Positions 14,101 to 27,943 of a stretch of 64,000 nucleotides of DNA are shown here, one piece after another. The position numbers and the translations under genes are program-made. Source of the stretch: Ramazzottius varieornatus (Eukaryota > Animalia > Tardigrada). The notes under the pieces were generated by a model. The model saw only the letters and a list, made by a program, of their open reading frames with translations, did no database searches and was not told where the DNA came from. The stretch is from NCBI GenBank assembly GCA_001949185.1, contig BDGG01000003.1, positions 1,772,725-1,836,724 on the forward strand, read 5' to 3'. Every line of letters starts with the position of its first letter. Positions within the stretch are counted from its first letter, which is position 1.

Positions 14101-17100
14101 ATGGCACCACAACGACGGGAAAGCACTCCGGATACTCCGACTAGCGAACTGCGATCTCGATATCTCTCCGTCACCAAAGATGCCAACATCGACACCAAGA
14201 CAGCGCAACATGCCATGACGATGTTCGAAACGCTGCAGGAGAAATTCAACGTTGAGGTAATTTCTAAATGAATATCTGTGGGAAATATTTTTCCCGTTCG
14301 TTATATCCGTTATTATTGTCCGGAGTTTTGGGCTAATTTTTCGTCTGATTTATGAGATTTGTTTGTCCAACGCAGCCCGCCGAATCTTCATAGCGAATAT
14401 ATCCAATTTTTTAGCGGGATTGATTGGTTTATTGGGCGATCACGCATTTGTTCCTTGATTGTTGATTGATCCGCTCACCGGAAATGGTTGTCTTTTGACT
14501 CTTTTCAGGGAGATCCCGTCGAATGGCTTCTTCCAGGCGCCTACGCGTACTCCATCTCCCAGAAGCCGTCGAATGTGGAGTCGAAAGTGGTGCTGTGGAA
14601 ACTTTTCAAGGCGACTAGCATAAGGTAGGTCATTTCTCGCGCTACCGGAAGTCATCTTATTCGATCAGAACTGTGGAATGTATTTGTGCATTTCTGTCTT
14701 TGTAGCGTCCCGGTATTTTTCCAACGGGTGAAAAAATGGGGCGAAGTAGCAGGTCTTCCCGGGGCAGCGAGGGAATTATTCAGTCGTTCCGAAAGATATT
14801 TCCTAATGTCAAAGACCATTTTTGGAAGCTTCGAGCAGATGTACACGTGCGTCTTCCGCGACCCGCTGGATGCTGACTTACTTAAGAATGTGACGGATCG
14901 CGCTATGTCTCTCCGGAAGAAACAGTACGTGATGTCACTGAGCAAATCAGAAGAATATGTCTAGGAAATTAATACATTCAGTGTTGTGGTTTACATTTTA
15001 GGAAGGTGGTCTTTCCCAAGATCGTGCAGTCCGTCGACGTTTACGTCTTCACCTGGGATCTCTTCGTCCGATGCCGTCTCTCCGCACAAGCTCTTCGCGA
15101 CGATCTGATTAGCTGTTACCACTTGTTGATTTGTGTACTGGACTACGTTTGTGCAAACGTCCTGGCGCTGAAGCGGGACGAACTTCTGAACCCTGGATGC
15201 TCAAGTACACGACTAAGCCCGAAAAACAGACACGATGAAACTGTTTTCTCTAGTGGCGCATGAGTCTATTGTTATAGCAGGCAGCGTGCGCCACTTGAAA
15301 AACTCATCCACATCTCGTCCCCAAGTGACGCACGCTTGCAGTGATATTAACTCGATTTGTGCGCCACTTGGAAACGATTTGATCGAGTTTTCGCCGAGCT
15401 TTCAAATTTAAAAATTTCCGTTTTCCATTTGCTGGAGGAACGAGTGTTTTCTCGTTGCAGTCATTCCGAAAGTTGCAGAAGCAGACGAAAAGACCATCTC
15501 CACATTTTCGTTGATCCCTTACCTCTGCGCCAAGTTTGAAGGCATCAGTCGAGACTGTCAAATCCTCTACAGTAACGGGTTCCTTCCACTCCTCCACCAA
15601 CTCATCAAGGATCAGGAACTAACGACTGACGGACTTGGCGTTACTACCGGACTTCTTTCTCCAGAAAACTTCGAGAAGAATGTGTAGGAAAATTTACTGG
15701 TTATTTTTCTAGAGCTAAATCAAAGTTTGATTTCGTCGTTGTAGGAAGAGTCTCAACAGTATCTATGAGAACCTCGTCAGGATCACAATGGCCGGAGACG
15801 AGCGTGTCTTTCTCGTCTCTGGCGATGTGAACAACCCTGGCGTTGGTGGAGATCCTCTGAACGTAATGGATGTGATCGAAACCATGAAGGGAAGACGGAA
15901 GATGCTGCCTTCGATCAACCGGAAGTTGGAGTTAAACGACTTCAAGACGCCCACACCTGTCGTATCCGTGCGTAATTCTTTCTTCAGAACGATGTCAGGG
16001 GCTGTATAGTCTATTTCGTTCTTCTGCAGGGACTTTCGATATCGACATCCTCAACGCCACTGACGCCGAACTCTAGCTGTAGCGTCCTCGAAAGACGAGA
16101 GCAGCAAGAGTCTGCTAAGACGCCGGCGTTACTGACCGCGGTTGATCTGGTTACTCAGCTGACGAACCTGACCGCCGGAAGAACCACCAAACCGAGTACT
16201 CTTCTCGCGGAGTTGCTAAAGTAAGCTTCCAAAAAAGAAGCCCGGCGAACAAACGCGACAGGATTGTGTTCTCACGTTCTTAGCGTTGTTGGCTGAGAAC
16301 GTGCGCCACTAAGAAAAACAACCTTGACGAGTTTCTTTGCTTGCATTTTTATCCGAGTATTATTTTGTTGGGGAAATTCCAAATAAGTTTCGGCCTCGGT
16401 GACCTTTGGCAGAGTTCCAATGTTTTGCGTAGGTCGGTCTACGAGGAGGATGTTTCAGCAAGCTTCACAAAGCGCGCTGCCGATTACGTGGAGAAGCTGG
16501 TCAAGGCCTACACTGAAGCGGACGACCCCAAAGGCTTAGCTGAACCTTACATCCGCGCACGCTTCATGTTCGCTCAGACATGGTACTTCAAAATTCTTGA
16601 AGACGTTCTCGTGTCGGAGAAGCAACGATCAGCCGGAACCTTCACCAGAATGAAGGTAGGTATTTTAGAAGTCATTTGCCTCATTCGAGCTGCGAAATTC
16701 TGGTTTTCTACCATTTTGTTATTTTCCAGAGACTCATCGACGCCGAAAGGTTTCAAAAGTCCATGCTGGCACTGGCCGTGGAGATGATACTCTATAGCTA
16801 CAACTGTTCACGGTAAGTTTTCCTTTCTTTACTGGAGGGTAACGGGATTATGTTGGAATATGTTTAGGATGTTTCCTTGGCCGATTGAAGCGTTGGAAGT
16901 GTCGCCTTTCGACTTCGTCAAAGTGATCGAGCCGGTCGTCCGTTTGGAACCTCTGCCTCGTTCCATCACGAAACATCTCGCCCGCATCGAGGAGACCATC
17001 TTCGAGCAGTTGGTTTGGAGGTCCGAGTCGCCTGTCTGGAATGAGATCGCTGCGGAGGAAACTCGCTCTGTTCGAGAAGTGTGCTGGGCGCACAACTTGG

Positions 17101-19237
17101 AAGAGACGCCGACCACCGGTCCCCGTCTCCCCACTACAGGTGAGTTCTTTCTGTTTCATGCTTGTTCTACAGACGAGGAGATGCTAGCAGAATCGAATAG
17201 CTGTCAACTGCATCCGTTTGAGCTCTATATAATCAGCTGACTAGAGGAAAGTTCCTTGTCCAGAGTCCAGATCAGTCCACGAAATAATCATAGAAAAATT
17301 TTGTGACTCAAGGAATTCATGACCGAATTCTATTACTCGTGAATCGTGATTTTTGTGTGTATAGAGGAGGTTTATTCTCTTAGTGTCGGTGGAAGCACCC
17401 GCCATGTTCGCCTCACCATCCACCCCATCCTCCAGTCGTCGCATCAAGAAGGAACCCGCTTCACCTGGCGCAGCAGCCATGCCAGCACCGTCTTCTGCTG
17501 CTGCACCTGCGGTGACCGGTGGTGGCGTACCCACCGGTGCCGTCAGACCTCCGAAGAGCTCCGCCATATGTCTCTTCTTTCGAAAGGTAGTTCAAATTTC
17601 CTTAGCATAAACTTTTAATATTTAAGACGTGGCAGATTGAATCGAACGAGATCGTTACATCAAGTGGCGCACGTTTCTCTTTTTACCAGCAGGGAGCGCG
17701 CGCCACTCTTGAAAACGGTCTTGTTATAACCATTTGCCCGCGTCCCATACTCCCATTTACGGTATAGATACTCTGACCGAGTATTCTCATTTTAGGTTTA
17801 CGTCTTGGCTGCTGCGCGGTTAAGAGATCTGTGTGACAAGCTGGGCTTTGACGCACAAATCGAAGCCAAGTACCACGTCTTCCAGCGAATGTTCACGCTC
17901 TTCGAGGAAGTCCTGTCGAAGCACACGCCTATCCTGAAAGACAGACATCTGGATCAAATTCTTCTCTGTTGCGCTTACGTCATTGCCAAGGTACCACGTA
18001 CTGTAACCTTCTTCTCCCTTTTCTCTCGATCCCCGTGAATAACCTTCAACGCTTCGACGCTCTGTTCTTCCTGTGCAGCTGGAAACCAGCAATGGACTGG
18101 GCAAGACGTTCCACACCATCATGAATGCCTACCGGTATCAAAATCAAGCGGAAAGCACAGTAAGTACTTATTGAAGTGGCGTTGTGAATAACTTCGAGCT
18201 GCGAAAAAGAAAGGCCTTCGATGGTTTTTGTAGGTGTACCGCAGTGTGTTGTTATTGAAGAAGGCCGTGGCTCCTTCCCCGCCCGTGCCGACTTCGATTA
18301 TTGAAACACGACGGCGTGCAGCGCAGAACATCGCCGATCAGAACGCTGATCCGATCACACAGGGTGAAGTCCGAACAGACATCATTCGCTTCTACAACGA
18401 AGTCTTCGTTGATGTCATGAAAGATTTCATTGCTAATTTGACACCAAAAAAGAAGGGCGTAAGTACTCATAAGCGTATTGTAGTAAAAACTCGTGGACAA
18501 CATCGTAAAGATATGAAGGCTTTTGTAGTGATTATGGTTGGTTTTACTTTACAGCCTTCAACGGTTGTTCTAAGTCCTGTTCCTTCCGTTTCCGGCAACA
18601 TCGTCCGACGGCAAGTCCATCCTGGCGCACCCATCTACGTGTCGCCCATGCGTAAGGAAGAACCTCAAGAGCCTTTACCCAATGGCCGAGTTCTTCAGTT
18701 CACCTTTGGCGTCTCTGACGATATGGTAATGCAGCTTTTGTTCTTTTCTTATGTGGGAGGTCGCAAACGAACGCTGGAAGATCGTTATCCCGAGTGGCTC
18801 ACACTTTCTGCAAATAGCAATGGAAACGTGCGCCATTGGACAGACTTTACGAGATCGTTATTCGAAGTGGCGCACGCTTACAGTCAGTGACAACCAAGAT
18901 GTGCGCCACAATACCATAACGATGGTTTACATTGCCTATGCTTGCTTCTCCTGTACGTTTACTGTTGCGCTGACTTCTCTGGTTGTTCTTTCAGAGCAAA
19001 CTGGTCTTCCCTGATCAGAAACCAACGCCCAAGCCCAGGAAGAAGCGGGAGAACCCTGGCGGTTCTGTCACACCACGCAAGTACAAACGAGGGACGAAAG
19101 ACTCGGCAAGAAAGGCCAAATCGTCGCCCGGAAAGTCCGCGGTGGCTGGACCGGCCAACGCCAGCTTGACCGTCCCCATTCCCTTCGTCCCACCAAAGGA
19201 CGCCATAAAGTCGGAACCGGAAACGTCGGCCTCATAA
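14101..19237 (+). CDS. RBL1/RBL2: Retinoblastoma-family pocket protein (p107/p130-like), multi-exon
   Basis: N-domain (NVE|GDPVEW, DDLISCYHLLICVLD, DERVFL). Pocket A (YFKILEDVL, FPW...FDFVKVIEPVVR...KHLARIEETIFEQLVW). Pocket B (LFFRKVYVLAAARLRDLCDKL, LKDRHLDQILLC, DIIRFYNEVFV). Confidence 0.92.
15251..15369. repeat. Intronic dyad element, tandem pair (cores 15251-15296, 15323-15369)
   Basis: TAGTGGCGCATG-N22-CGTGCGCCACTT, a 26-nt linker, then AAGTGACGCACG-N23-TGTGCGCCACTT; in an RBL intron. Confidence 0.85.
16265..16311. repeat. Intronic dyad element (left arm degenerate)
   Basis: ...CTCACG-N23-CGTGCGCCACTA; RBL intron. Confidence 0.65.
17662..17708. repeat. Intronic dyad element
   Basis: AAGTGGCGCACG-N23-CGCGCGCCACTC; RBL intron. 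Confidence 0.85.
18792..18911. repeat. Intronic dyad element, tandem pair (cores 18792-18838, 18865-18911)
   Basis: GAGTGGCTCACA-N23-CGTGCGCCATTG, a 26-nt linker, then AAGTGGCGCACG-N23-TGTGCGCCACAA; last RBL intron. Confidence 0.82.
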
Positions 19238-20992
19238 CAAGACGGACATGATAAGACTACTCTACCTAGTCTGATTATGTGTATATTTTGTTCAATCACT
19301 TCGTCACCGTGCCGTGAGTTTTTAGTTGATCGTCATGGTATAGTGTAAGTTAACTCAGTTCGTTCTGCGGGCTGTTGTTCGAGTAGCATTTGTGGGGCTT
19401 ATCGTTTTATCTTTTTTTATTTTACTGCAGCAGCGGCCATGGTTTCAGAATTACCTTGGCAGGTCTTCTTATATCAAAGCATACCATCTTTGCCTAATCT
19501 CGTGTAAAGTACGGCACCTCAAACTCTCAGTGTAAAGGATCCAGCTGCGATGTGTTGGTCCACTGCACCAAAAGTTGTTGTGCTGATTTTTGCGAAAACG
19601 TGCTGAGTATCTAAGGGCCGTCTGGACGAGACTGGAACCAAAGCGTAGGAAGGAAGGAGCACTGTGTCAGTCACTCGACAGGTAGACCACTTGGGCTCGC
19701 TGTTTGAAATCTTTTCTTAGAAGAAGTAATCCACTTAAGATGTTGTACAGTTTGCCCAGCTAGAATTTTTTCGTGGATCGACACAGCTGGGACTCTGGGA
19801 GCCTGCTTTGACCCTGGCCAGGTGTGTGCCGGCTACCTTTGACGAACCCTCGAAGTGAATGGCATCCTTCCGAGTTTCTTGGTGCGATATGCGTCATTAC
19901 TAATATAATATTAGTAATATTCAAACCGCTCGGAGCCGACCTATTTCGCATTGTTGGCTCGCAAGCCTACGACGCACACGCCCCAGCTGGTCCTCCCATT
20001 GGGATACCTGGATCGTCGTGGAAAACACCTGTGGCGTGCTGACAACGTGCCGTACTCTGGCTTCGACCCAATGGGGCCTGCTCATTCGGCGAGCCACCGG
20101 CAAGGTCGATTTTTTTCTTCCTGTTGACATCTTCCCTCTGTGAATTTAAAGGCAAGAAACAGCGCTCTCTTTCAGACGACCAGTGTGAGTTTGGAGGTAC
20201 CCGGAACCATTAATTCACATGACAGTGCCTTTGTAGACTTCTAGATCAGCATCTTCGTTTAGTACACTCGATTCTTCTTGAGTAGTTTATTGGTCAGCTC
20301 TTCCCTCAGCTTTGCGAGTGTGGAACTGCAAAACTATGGTCAGCGGCGGAAGGAAGGCTGCACTGCTCCTAACCTGTATGACAATCCTGGGGAACCCGGA
20401 ATGGGTTTATTCAGCACATCCCGGAACATACCTGGTAATGCTTCCAAAGACTCTTCGACCATCTACGCCAAGGGAGAACCTGCCCCCAATGGAAAGGGGC
20501 ATCGCTCTGCAAGGTTCTCCGGCTCCCTTTCGCATCCCGACCACGAATCCAAAGGTTAACTCTAAACGTGTACATGTGTGTAAAAATCTGGCGCGTCTAC
20601 GGTTGAGAACCATGACGCGTTTTCTTATTGAACGTAGTTTGTTCTATCCGTGTTTCCGCCGAACGACCTGAAAAACCAACTCCATCAGAACGGAAACCCG
20701 GATGCTCGTGTGCGGTTCCACATCCGCTCGTCTCCCGTGATCCTAGATCCTTCCGAACTCTCAATGACAACGACAAATTCGCCACTCATCTCACAGATTA
20801 TCGCATCGCGCCTCATCGATTGCTTGCGGGTTCGATGCTCCATCGCCTTCGACCAGAAGTCTTCGCCGTGCAAGAAACTGAATAATGCCATAAGCAGTAT
20901 CGCACGATAGAAGCAGCTCTACTATTGAATGGTGCAACCTTGAAATAGTATTCATTAGACTATAATTATATTCCTAAACACTCGTAAAGGTA

Positions 20993-22626
20993 CCGTATTC
21001 CCCCGATATCTTCGCGAAGCTACGTACGTACAGACTGCCCGCAAGTAAAAACGGACCGCCTGGGCCATACAACTGATTGTTTGATCAGCATTTTCGCGAG
21101 AAAACTGATGAATAAGTTTCCCAACAAGTTTTCGGACGAAGAAGATACCAGTGAGAGATTTTGTGTGGACTTTGGTGTTTTGGTCTTGAACGCTAGAGAT
21201 GGGGAGACCACATGCTGTGTAAAGAGTCAGCGAAGCACGGAGGAATTTGAGCGGACAGGAACAGAGTGGGAAGTCGGTGAATGCGTTCGCGAAACTGGTT
21301 ACAATTAGCGGAAGGCACGTTCAAAAGCCAAAGAAAGCCAGTCTTCGAAGACGTTGAGAGACGGGCTTACACGGAGTTTGTAAGGAAAAGAAACGTTGGG
21401 CTTCCGGTCCGCGACACCGACATTCGTATCTGGGCAGTGCAGTCTGCAAAATCCTCAACTTGAAAGCCGACTTGAAAGCCTCCAACGGATGGCTTTATCG
21501 AATGAAGAAGAAGTACCGTTCGACCTACAGAGCAACAACAAAAGTGGGAAGAAAGACCAAACCTTCGGCTGAAGATGAGGTAAGACAGCCTCTGATTTTC
21601 CGCCTAAAATTCTTGGTGTTTCCTCCCAGCCCTGCTTAAAGATTTGTCATACGCTGAACCGGTATTCCTTTCGACAGAAAGAGGAGCACGAGTTCATGGA
21701 ACGCATTGAAGAAATCGTCACGCTAGAGAACACTTACGTAAGCAGAAGCATAAATTTTGATCAGACTAGCGTTTTACTGCAAAACACGGGTAAAACTCTG
21801 TCGCTGATTGGTGGAAAGCAGGTGATTGTGTCAGTCATCGGGTGAGAGAGAAAGATTTACGGTGGGACTTGTCGTAGCTGGCGATGGGCAAAAGTTTCCT
21901 ACTGCTATAGTCTTCAAAGGGGGAGAGAAGACCGGAAAGTTGTCGGGAAGGATCGTAAACAAGTTGATAATACCGGAAAACGTCATCGTGTACAGTACAC
22001 GAACGGCGTGGTGGAACTCTCGTCTAGATTTGGAATGGATCGACGGTTTGTTTGATGGCAAAGACCCAGATTTCTTGTTCCTTCTTCGTGATAATTTTCC
22101 TGGACATCTGAAGTTCGAAAAAAAGTTGGAAAAAAATGAAAGTGCACCAAGTCTTCATCCCGAAGGGGCTGACTGGCAAGTATCAACTACTTGACGCTGG
22201 TGTTGATGCGCCCTTCAAAGCACTGATGAAGAAGGCATATCATGAATGGAGGAAAGTCAGGACTGATGCGACAAGCAAACGATATTTGAATAAACCATCT
22301 CGACAGGACTTCATAAACTTCGTTTCCGAAGCTTGGAGCCAAAATACCCCTGAAACGATCGAGAACGCCTTGGTAGGAGCTCAAATCCTTCCTGAACCAA
22401 CGTAAGAGTTGGCTTCCAAGGTTTTCTTGAAGAAGACGAAAGAAACATTTTAGAGTATAGCTTTAGCTGTCGAGGGAGGTTCTGATGAAGAAGCGGCAGA
22501 TGACTCTTCTCTGGAATACGGCTTCTCGAGTGATTGTTGGTTAACTGAAATTGGGTAAATCTGCCCCCTGGTGGTTAAAATTCCTGAAGTGTGACGTAGC
22601 TTCGCGAAAATATCGGGGGAATACAG
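20993..22626 (+). mobile_element. pogo/Tigger-like (Tc1/mariner superfamily) transposon, decayed transposase
   Basis: ~33-bp TIRs CCGTATTCCCCCGATATCTTCGCGAAGCTACGT / ACGTAGCTTCGCGAAAATATCGGGGGAATACAG, TA on both sides. CENP-B HTH (ASNGWLYRMKKKY) and DDE_1 motifs (NFDQT, ERFTV, FKG, RDNFPGH, QLLDAGV) with stops and a poly-A frameshift. Confidence 0.92.
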
Positions 22627-23154
22627 TAGTTCGTTATTGCTCGCGCCGCTCATCTGAACTTTCGGATATATATGCGCGAAGTTGTTTGGTGATGGCTGGC
22701 CGAGTATTTCCTACATATTTTCCATAGAAGAGTATTTCCTTTATTCCTTCGGAATTCACATCTGCGAAGTTTGCGAAAGTGACCAGAAAAAATTGGTGAA
22801 TTCTGAAGAGCTCGGCGACCTCAGTAAGGGTTTGGTATGGGCGCGGACGCGTCATGTAATGCATAGCATAACTAATCCAATACATGGACGCAGCCAACAG
22901 CAATTTATGGTACCCTTACGTCACAGTTGACAACAGGACAAGGTTAACGAGTCGATTTAACAAGCGGACACGTCGTGACGTCAGCCAGCGGATCCGTGTT
23001 CAAGACCAAGTTTCGTGGTCGTTTGAGAAACAGACAGCAGAAAATTCATTATATTTCATGGACAAAGACGGCAGAGCTCCATGTTGATCAATGGCGAATT
23101 TTAGTCATTACCACTCAGTCCAGCTGTACTAATCTTCATGTTTCTTCGGGGAAT

Positions 23155-25990
23155 ATGTACGCGGCTTACGAGTATCATCATAACACGAACCTGAGTTTGC
23201 AGCACGACCACAACCAGCAGCTCAGTAGTTCTTCGGAGATTGAGGCTGAGATCTACAATGCTGCGCCAGTAGGCAACGATTCCAATGCGCGATCATCTCG
23301 AGGAAACGAAAACTCCCGTCATCGCTCTCAAGGCCACAACGGCAGCGCCAGCAGGAGGAATGCGCCTAGCCAATCGCATACACCTTCGGCGGAAGAACGA
23401 GCACGGGCAGGTGTGGGAAGCAATGGCGTCGTCAGCTGGGATGTGCTGGAGATTACAGGTGAATATTATCACTATGGTTTCGTTCGAAATTTATGATCTT
23501 GCAAAGGGGCGGAGTCACTGGTGCGCAGCTATTGCGCATGCTGGAAGTGCATTTCACTTGCGTACGTTCTTTATTGTGATGTCAGTCGGATGGGCGCAGA
23601 GTTGCGCATAACTGGCCAATCAGAAAAAGTAGTCTGCGTTCAGCCGTTTTTCGGTCACTCTGCTTTGATTGAACAGTGGCATCAAAGCAGGATTTGAGAA
23701 CGAGTTGGCCATTTTGCTCAGTCTGGTTGTCCTTGTCAACAAGCCTATGAAGTTTAATTGTTAAGCTAAATAGGTCCATGTCCAACCGTTCATGTGTGCT
23801 GTTGCAGGTGGCGTACGGAATATGAGTCGGTCCCTCTTCGCCATGACACATTTAGGGGCACTATACATGGCGAACAACCAAATCTCGCGAATTCCTGCTG
23901 GTATCGCCAGACTCCGCAACCTCACCATCCTGGATCTCTCCAACAACCGTCTCAGAGTGCTTCCTCCCGAAATCGGTGTCTTGCTGCAGCTGAAACACCT
24001 GTACTTACAGCAGAACTTTCTCCGCACGCTTCCGTTCGAGATAGGTCGTCTGTATAAACTATCCACCCTAGGTACATACATTCTGCGAAAACTTCCCTTA
24101 CGTTCCTCAGAACTTAACGATCCATTATTTGATTAATATATATCGATGTAATTTTCTAGCGCTGGATGGAAATCCACTGCTGAACGAAATCTTCGAAGTC
24201 TACCAAGAATACGGTCTGGAGAAGTTCTTGGTGTTCCTCTTGGAGCAACTGAACTTCGACTCTCCTCCACCACCCAACCGGACAATGGTTACCTCTTCAG
24301 AAGACAGCACGTTCTCGCCCTACCACGAAGGTCGTCTTCGTATCACGGTGCTGTGTTACAACGTCCTGTGTGGACAGTATTGTTCCCGTGCGCAGTACGG
24401 CTATTGTCCCCAGTGGGCGCTAGAGTGGGACTACCGACGGAAAGGCATCATGACGGAAATCAACCGGCACAACAGTGATCTCATCTGTCTCCAGGAAGTG
24501 GAAACCGAGCAATACTACTCATTTTTCGTTCCCAAGCTGCGCCAGCACGGCATCGAAGGCTGCTTCGTGCCCAAATCACGGGCCAAAACTATGCATAATC
24601 TGGAGCGATCTCACGTCGATGGCTGTGCCATCTTTTATAATACTGCCAAATTTGAGTTTATCGAAGATTATTCCATTGAATTCAGCCATTTGGCCATGTC
24701 TTACGCCCACAGCGACGGATGCGTTTCCGAAGGTTAATAAGAATATCTTTCGTGATAATTCGCAGTCCTCCAATTCGGCTTCAACCAGATCGTTTTCCAA
24801 GTGGCGTGCTTTTTCACGGAATCACTATGGACATGTGCGCCACGGGATACGATGATACGTTCAGTTATTTGCTCGCGTCCCGTATATGCCCGCTTTTTTC
24901 CTGAACGTATTTCAAATGTCTGTAGTATCCGCATTGTTTATACTACAAGATTTTGGTTTTTTTGTAGCGTCGGAAAATATGTTGAATCGAGTCATGCCGA
25001 AAGACAACGTCGGCCTCGTCGCGCTGCTCCGCATCAAGAACTCTTCCGGTCCCTCCACCGACCATCCGGCTGAGAACGGCACAGAAGAGAACGGCGAGAA
25101 GAAGACCCAAGATCAGTACATCCTCGTCGTCAACGTGCATGTTCACTGGGATCCTGAATACTGTGATGTCAAGCTGATCCAGTGCATCATGTTGTCTTCT
25201 CGTCTACGCGACATTGCCAACAACGTCTCCAAGCGGTACTACGGGCTGACTACACCGGACCCCACAAAGGTGCCCATCATCTTCACCGGCGATATGAACT
25301 CTCTGCCAGACTCTGGAGTCCTCGAATTCTTCCTCAAAGGCGAGATACCGTACACCCACAAAGATTTCAGGTACTTTGGCCGGACGAGGAAAGCGGGCGA
25401 ATCGGCCACCCCTTGAATTATTACGCTACAATGGTGAATATGGGGTGGCCGACTTAGTCATTGTGGTCGACTAGGCACCTCTGCCGTATACCGTTCGGGA
25501 TCGATTTCAGCTTCTGATTTTCGTTTCACGCTTCTTTTTCAGAGGTATCCAGTACAAGCCATGTATCGCACGGTACTCTGCCGTCGACAAGGACCTCGAC
25601 TACATCTCGCACGGTCTGCAGATGGGGAACCCTTATCAGAACGTTCCGCTGCACCACACGAACTACACGCTGGACTTCAAAGGTGTCATCGACTACATCC
25701 TGTACTCTCGAGCACACTTCAACTGCCTCGGGGTTCTGAATGCCCTGTCCAAAGACTGGTTGGAAGACTCGCGCATCGTGGGCTTCCCGCACCCGCACAT
25801 CCCTTCTGACCACATTCCCATAGTGGCAGAGTTCGAGCTGGTTAGTGGAAGTAAAGTAACGTCGACGACGAGGACCAACGATCAACAATGCACACCGGAA
25901 AGAAACCACGGCTTTTCCGGCTTCCGCAATGGCTTCGACATCATCCGAAGTCCCAGTAAGACGGTGGTGCAGAATGGACAAGCACATTGA
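23155..25990 (+). CDS. CNOT6: CCR4 deadenylase (CCR4-NOT subunit 6/6L), multi-exon
   Basis: WDVLEITG|GVRNMSRSLF, LRRs, and an EEP domain with CYNVLC, LQEVE, VDGCAIF, HVHWDPEYCDVKLIQ, GDMNSLP, DYILY, PSDH. Confidence 0.96.
24799..24845. repeat. Intronic dyad element
   Basis: AAGTGGCGTGCT-N23-TGTGCGCCACGG with AGATCGTTTTCC outer arm; CNOT6 intron. Confidence 0.75.
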
Positions 25991-26513
25991 AGGAAGCGAA
26001 GGAAAGACTCGTCTAATGATGATCTGGTTTTTAACTAAAAAATATTTGTCGAAGATTAGTTGTTGAAGCACTGTTCTCTTTTCTTCCGCCGACTATTTTC
26101 TACACGGGACTGATATTCTTCTGGCAGTGTGGTTTCGGAGAAAGATGGAGGAGCTCATCCTCTGGTTCCGTGCGAAGGTTTTTACCGCTTGTAAGATTAC
26201 TGATTGATTATTTTGGGAATTCTCAGATTTCTCGAGTATTGGTTCGTTGAATGTATTTAAAAATATCATTATTATTGTTTTTACGACGTTTGCATGTTGT
26301 TATCTCTTGCTGGACACAGTCTTATGTTTCGATGCACCCTTTCAAGTTCTTTGGTCTTTTGACGTTTTGCCCGTAACAATGAAAAAAACCTGTGAATAGA
26401 ACTCGGGGGAGCACGTATTAATATCAGTACGACAACAGTCTGGGACCGTAGTGTCGGCCCAGTTTCAAGGAAGAACGCCGTAACAAGTCTTCCTCGGGCA
26501 CTGGGAAAGCAAT

Positions 26514-27100
26514 TCAGCGAGGTTCTCGATCTCGGAAGTTGAACTGGTCAGCAAACCAGTAAGAGCCGTTCATCTGTCTCGAGATCATCGGACTCTCGTT
26601 TCGAAAGTCTTGTCCAGGATCAACGTAGTGTTGCGCTTGTTGGTCTGAGTACTGACGACCCATCTGGTGGTTCATGTTGGGTTCCTCGGGACGCGGCGTC
26701 ACTGGGTCCAGGGCGAAGGTAACTCGTACTGGATTACGAGACTGGTACTCTAGATATTCCCTCCATTGTCGCATTTCAGCCATCATCTCATTGGCGAGCC
26801 GGAGGGAAATTTGCTGGGCAGCCATCGATTTCTCCAGCTCGTCCCTCATTACGATGCTAAAGAGAGAAACAAATCCGATGAAAGGCGCATGACATTTTTT
26901 CCCCAAAAGGCTCGAGTCAACAAAGTGCATGCTTACGAAGGAGATCACCAGCCACGCGTTAGTATGCCTGCTTGACGCGGTACGATTCATAAAAGTAGAT
27001 TATACGAAGAGGCACTTACAAAGATTGCTCCAGGTATCGAGCTCGCTCCAAATGCATGACGTCCCTTGTACGCCGATTCATCTGGTGCATACTGGATTTC
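26514..27100 (-). CDS. Possible small orphan gene or pseudogene (helical, Q-rich C-terminus)
   Basis: Coding-like ORF (MRDELEKSMAAQQISLRLANEMMAEMRQWREYLEYQ) with upstream GTAAGT/GTAAGC donors. I could not reconcile the splice phases. Confidence 0.3.
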
Positions 27101-27943
27101 ATCGTTGAGGCGACTCTTCCGACGGAGGGAATACCGTTTGTGGACACACACACTGGAAGTCAAAGACGGCTGACACGAAGTAAATCAAGTAGTATCAATG
27201 AATCGCCTCAGGATGGTAAACAAAGCACATACTTTGCACATCAGACCAGGACGGGACCACCGACTTAAGTCATGAAATGGCTTGCCAAACCAGGCTACTG
27301 AAGGCTAAATTTGGCAGGCCGATGCGTATCGCTTTACCGGTGGTGGCGTCCTGGTTATGCTGCACATAAGAAAGACGTTGTCAGCACATTAGCAAGAATT
27401 TGACGCTTAGACGAGAAAACGGCTTTGCGAGAAATCTTCCATGACAAATCTGTCCGTCCACTTGATCAAACAAGATATCGGATCAAGTAAGAAAAAGGGA
27501 ACAAGGTACTTGACAGACAGAACCGAAAGAACGATTGAAGGCAGTGATTTCAGGGAAAAGCTGGGAAGGAGTAGAAAGGGGCAGATGACAGCTGACCGCT
27601 GTCCATCAAGCGTGAGTAGTCTCTTGGAGAAATTAACATGAACTGTGTTATTTGGGGTTATTAAAAGAGAGCAAGGCGAGAAGTTTGTCCGAGCTTCAAA
27701 AGCTCGACATGCATACGTACGTTATCTTCTTCAACTGATTGGGGTTCTTCGTATCAGAGGGCCCCAGCAATTTTCCAGACATTGCATCGTCAAAACATAC
27801 AAACATTTCAAACTCATAACGTGGTAAAGAAAGTGCAACAATCTCTCTGCGATGCCCTAAACACTTGAAGAAGAGGAGTCTAACGGCAGCAGGGTATACG
27901 GGCGCGTCAGAAAAATGAAAGGGTTTTTCGAAATTATCCGAGT

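Noticed and set aside
18173-18183. Lone AAGTGGCG half-site in a short RBL intron
   Set aside because: No partner arm 23 nt away, so not counted as a family member.
19760-20910. Short ORFs between RBL and the pogo element
   Set aside because: No identifiable homology or supportable gene structure by eye.
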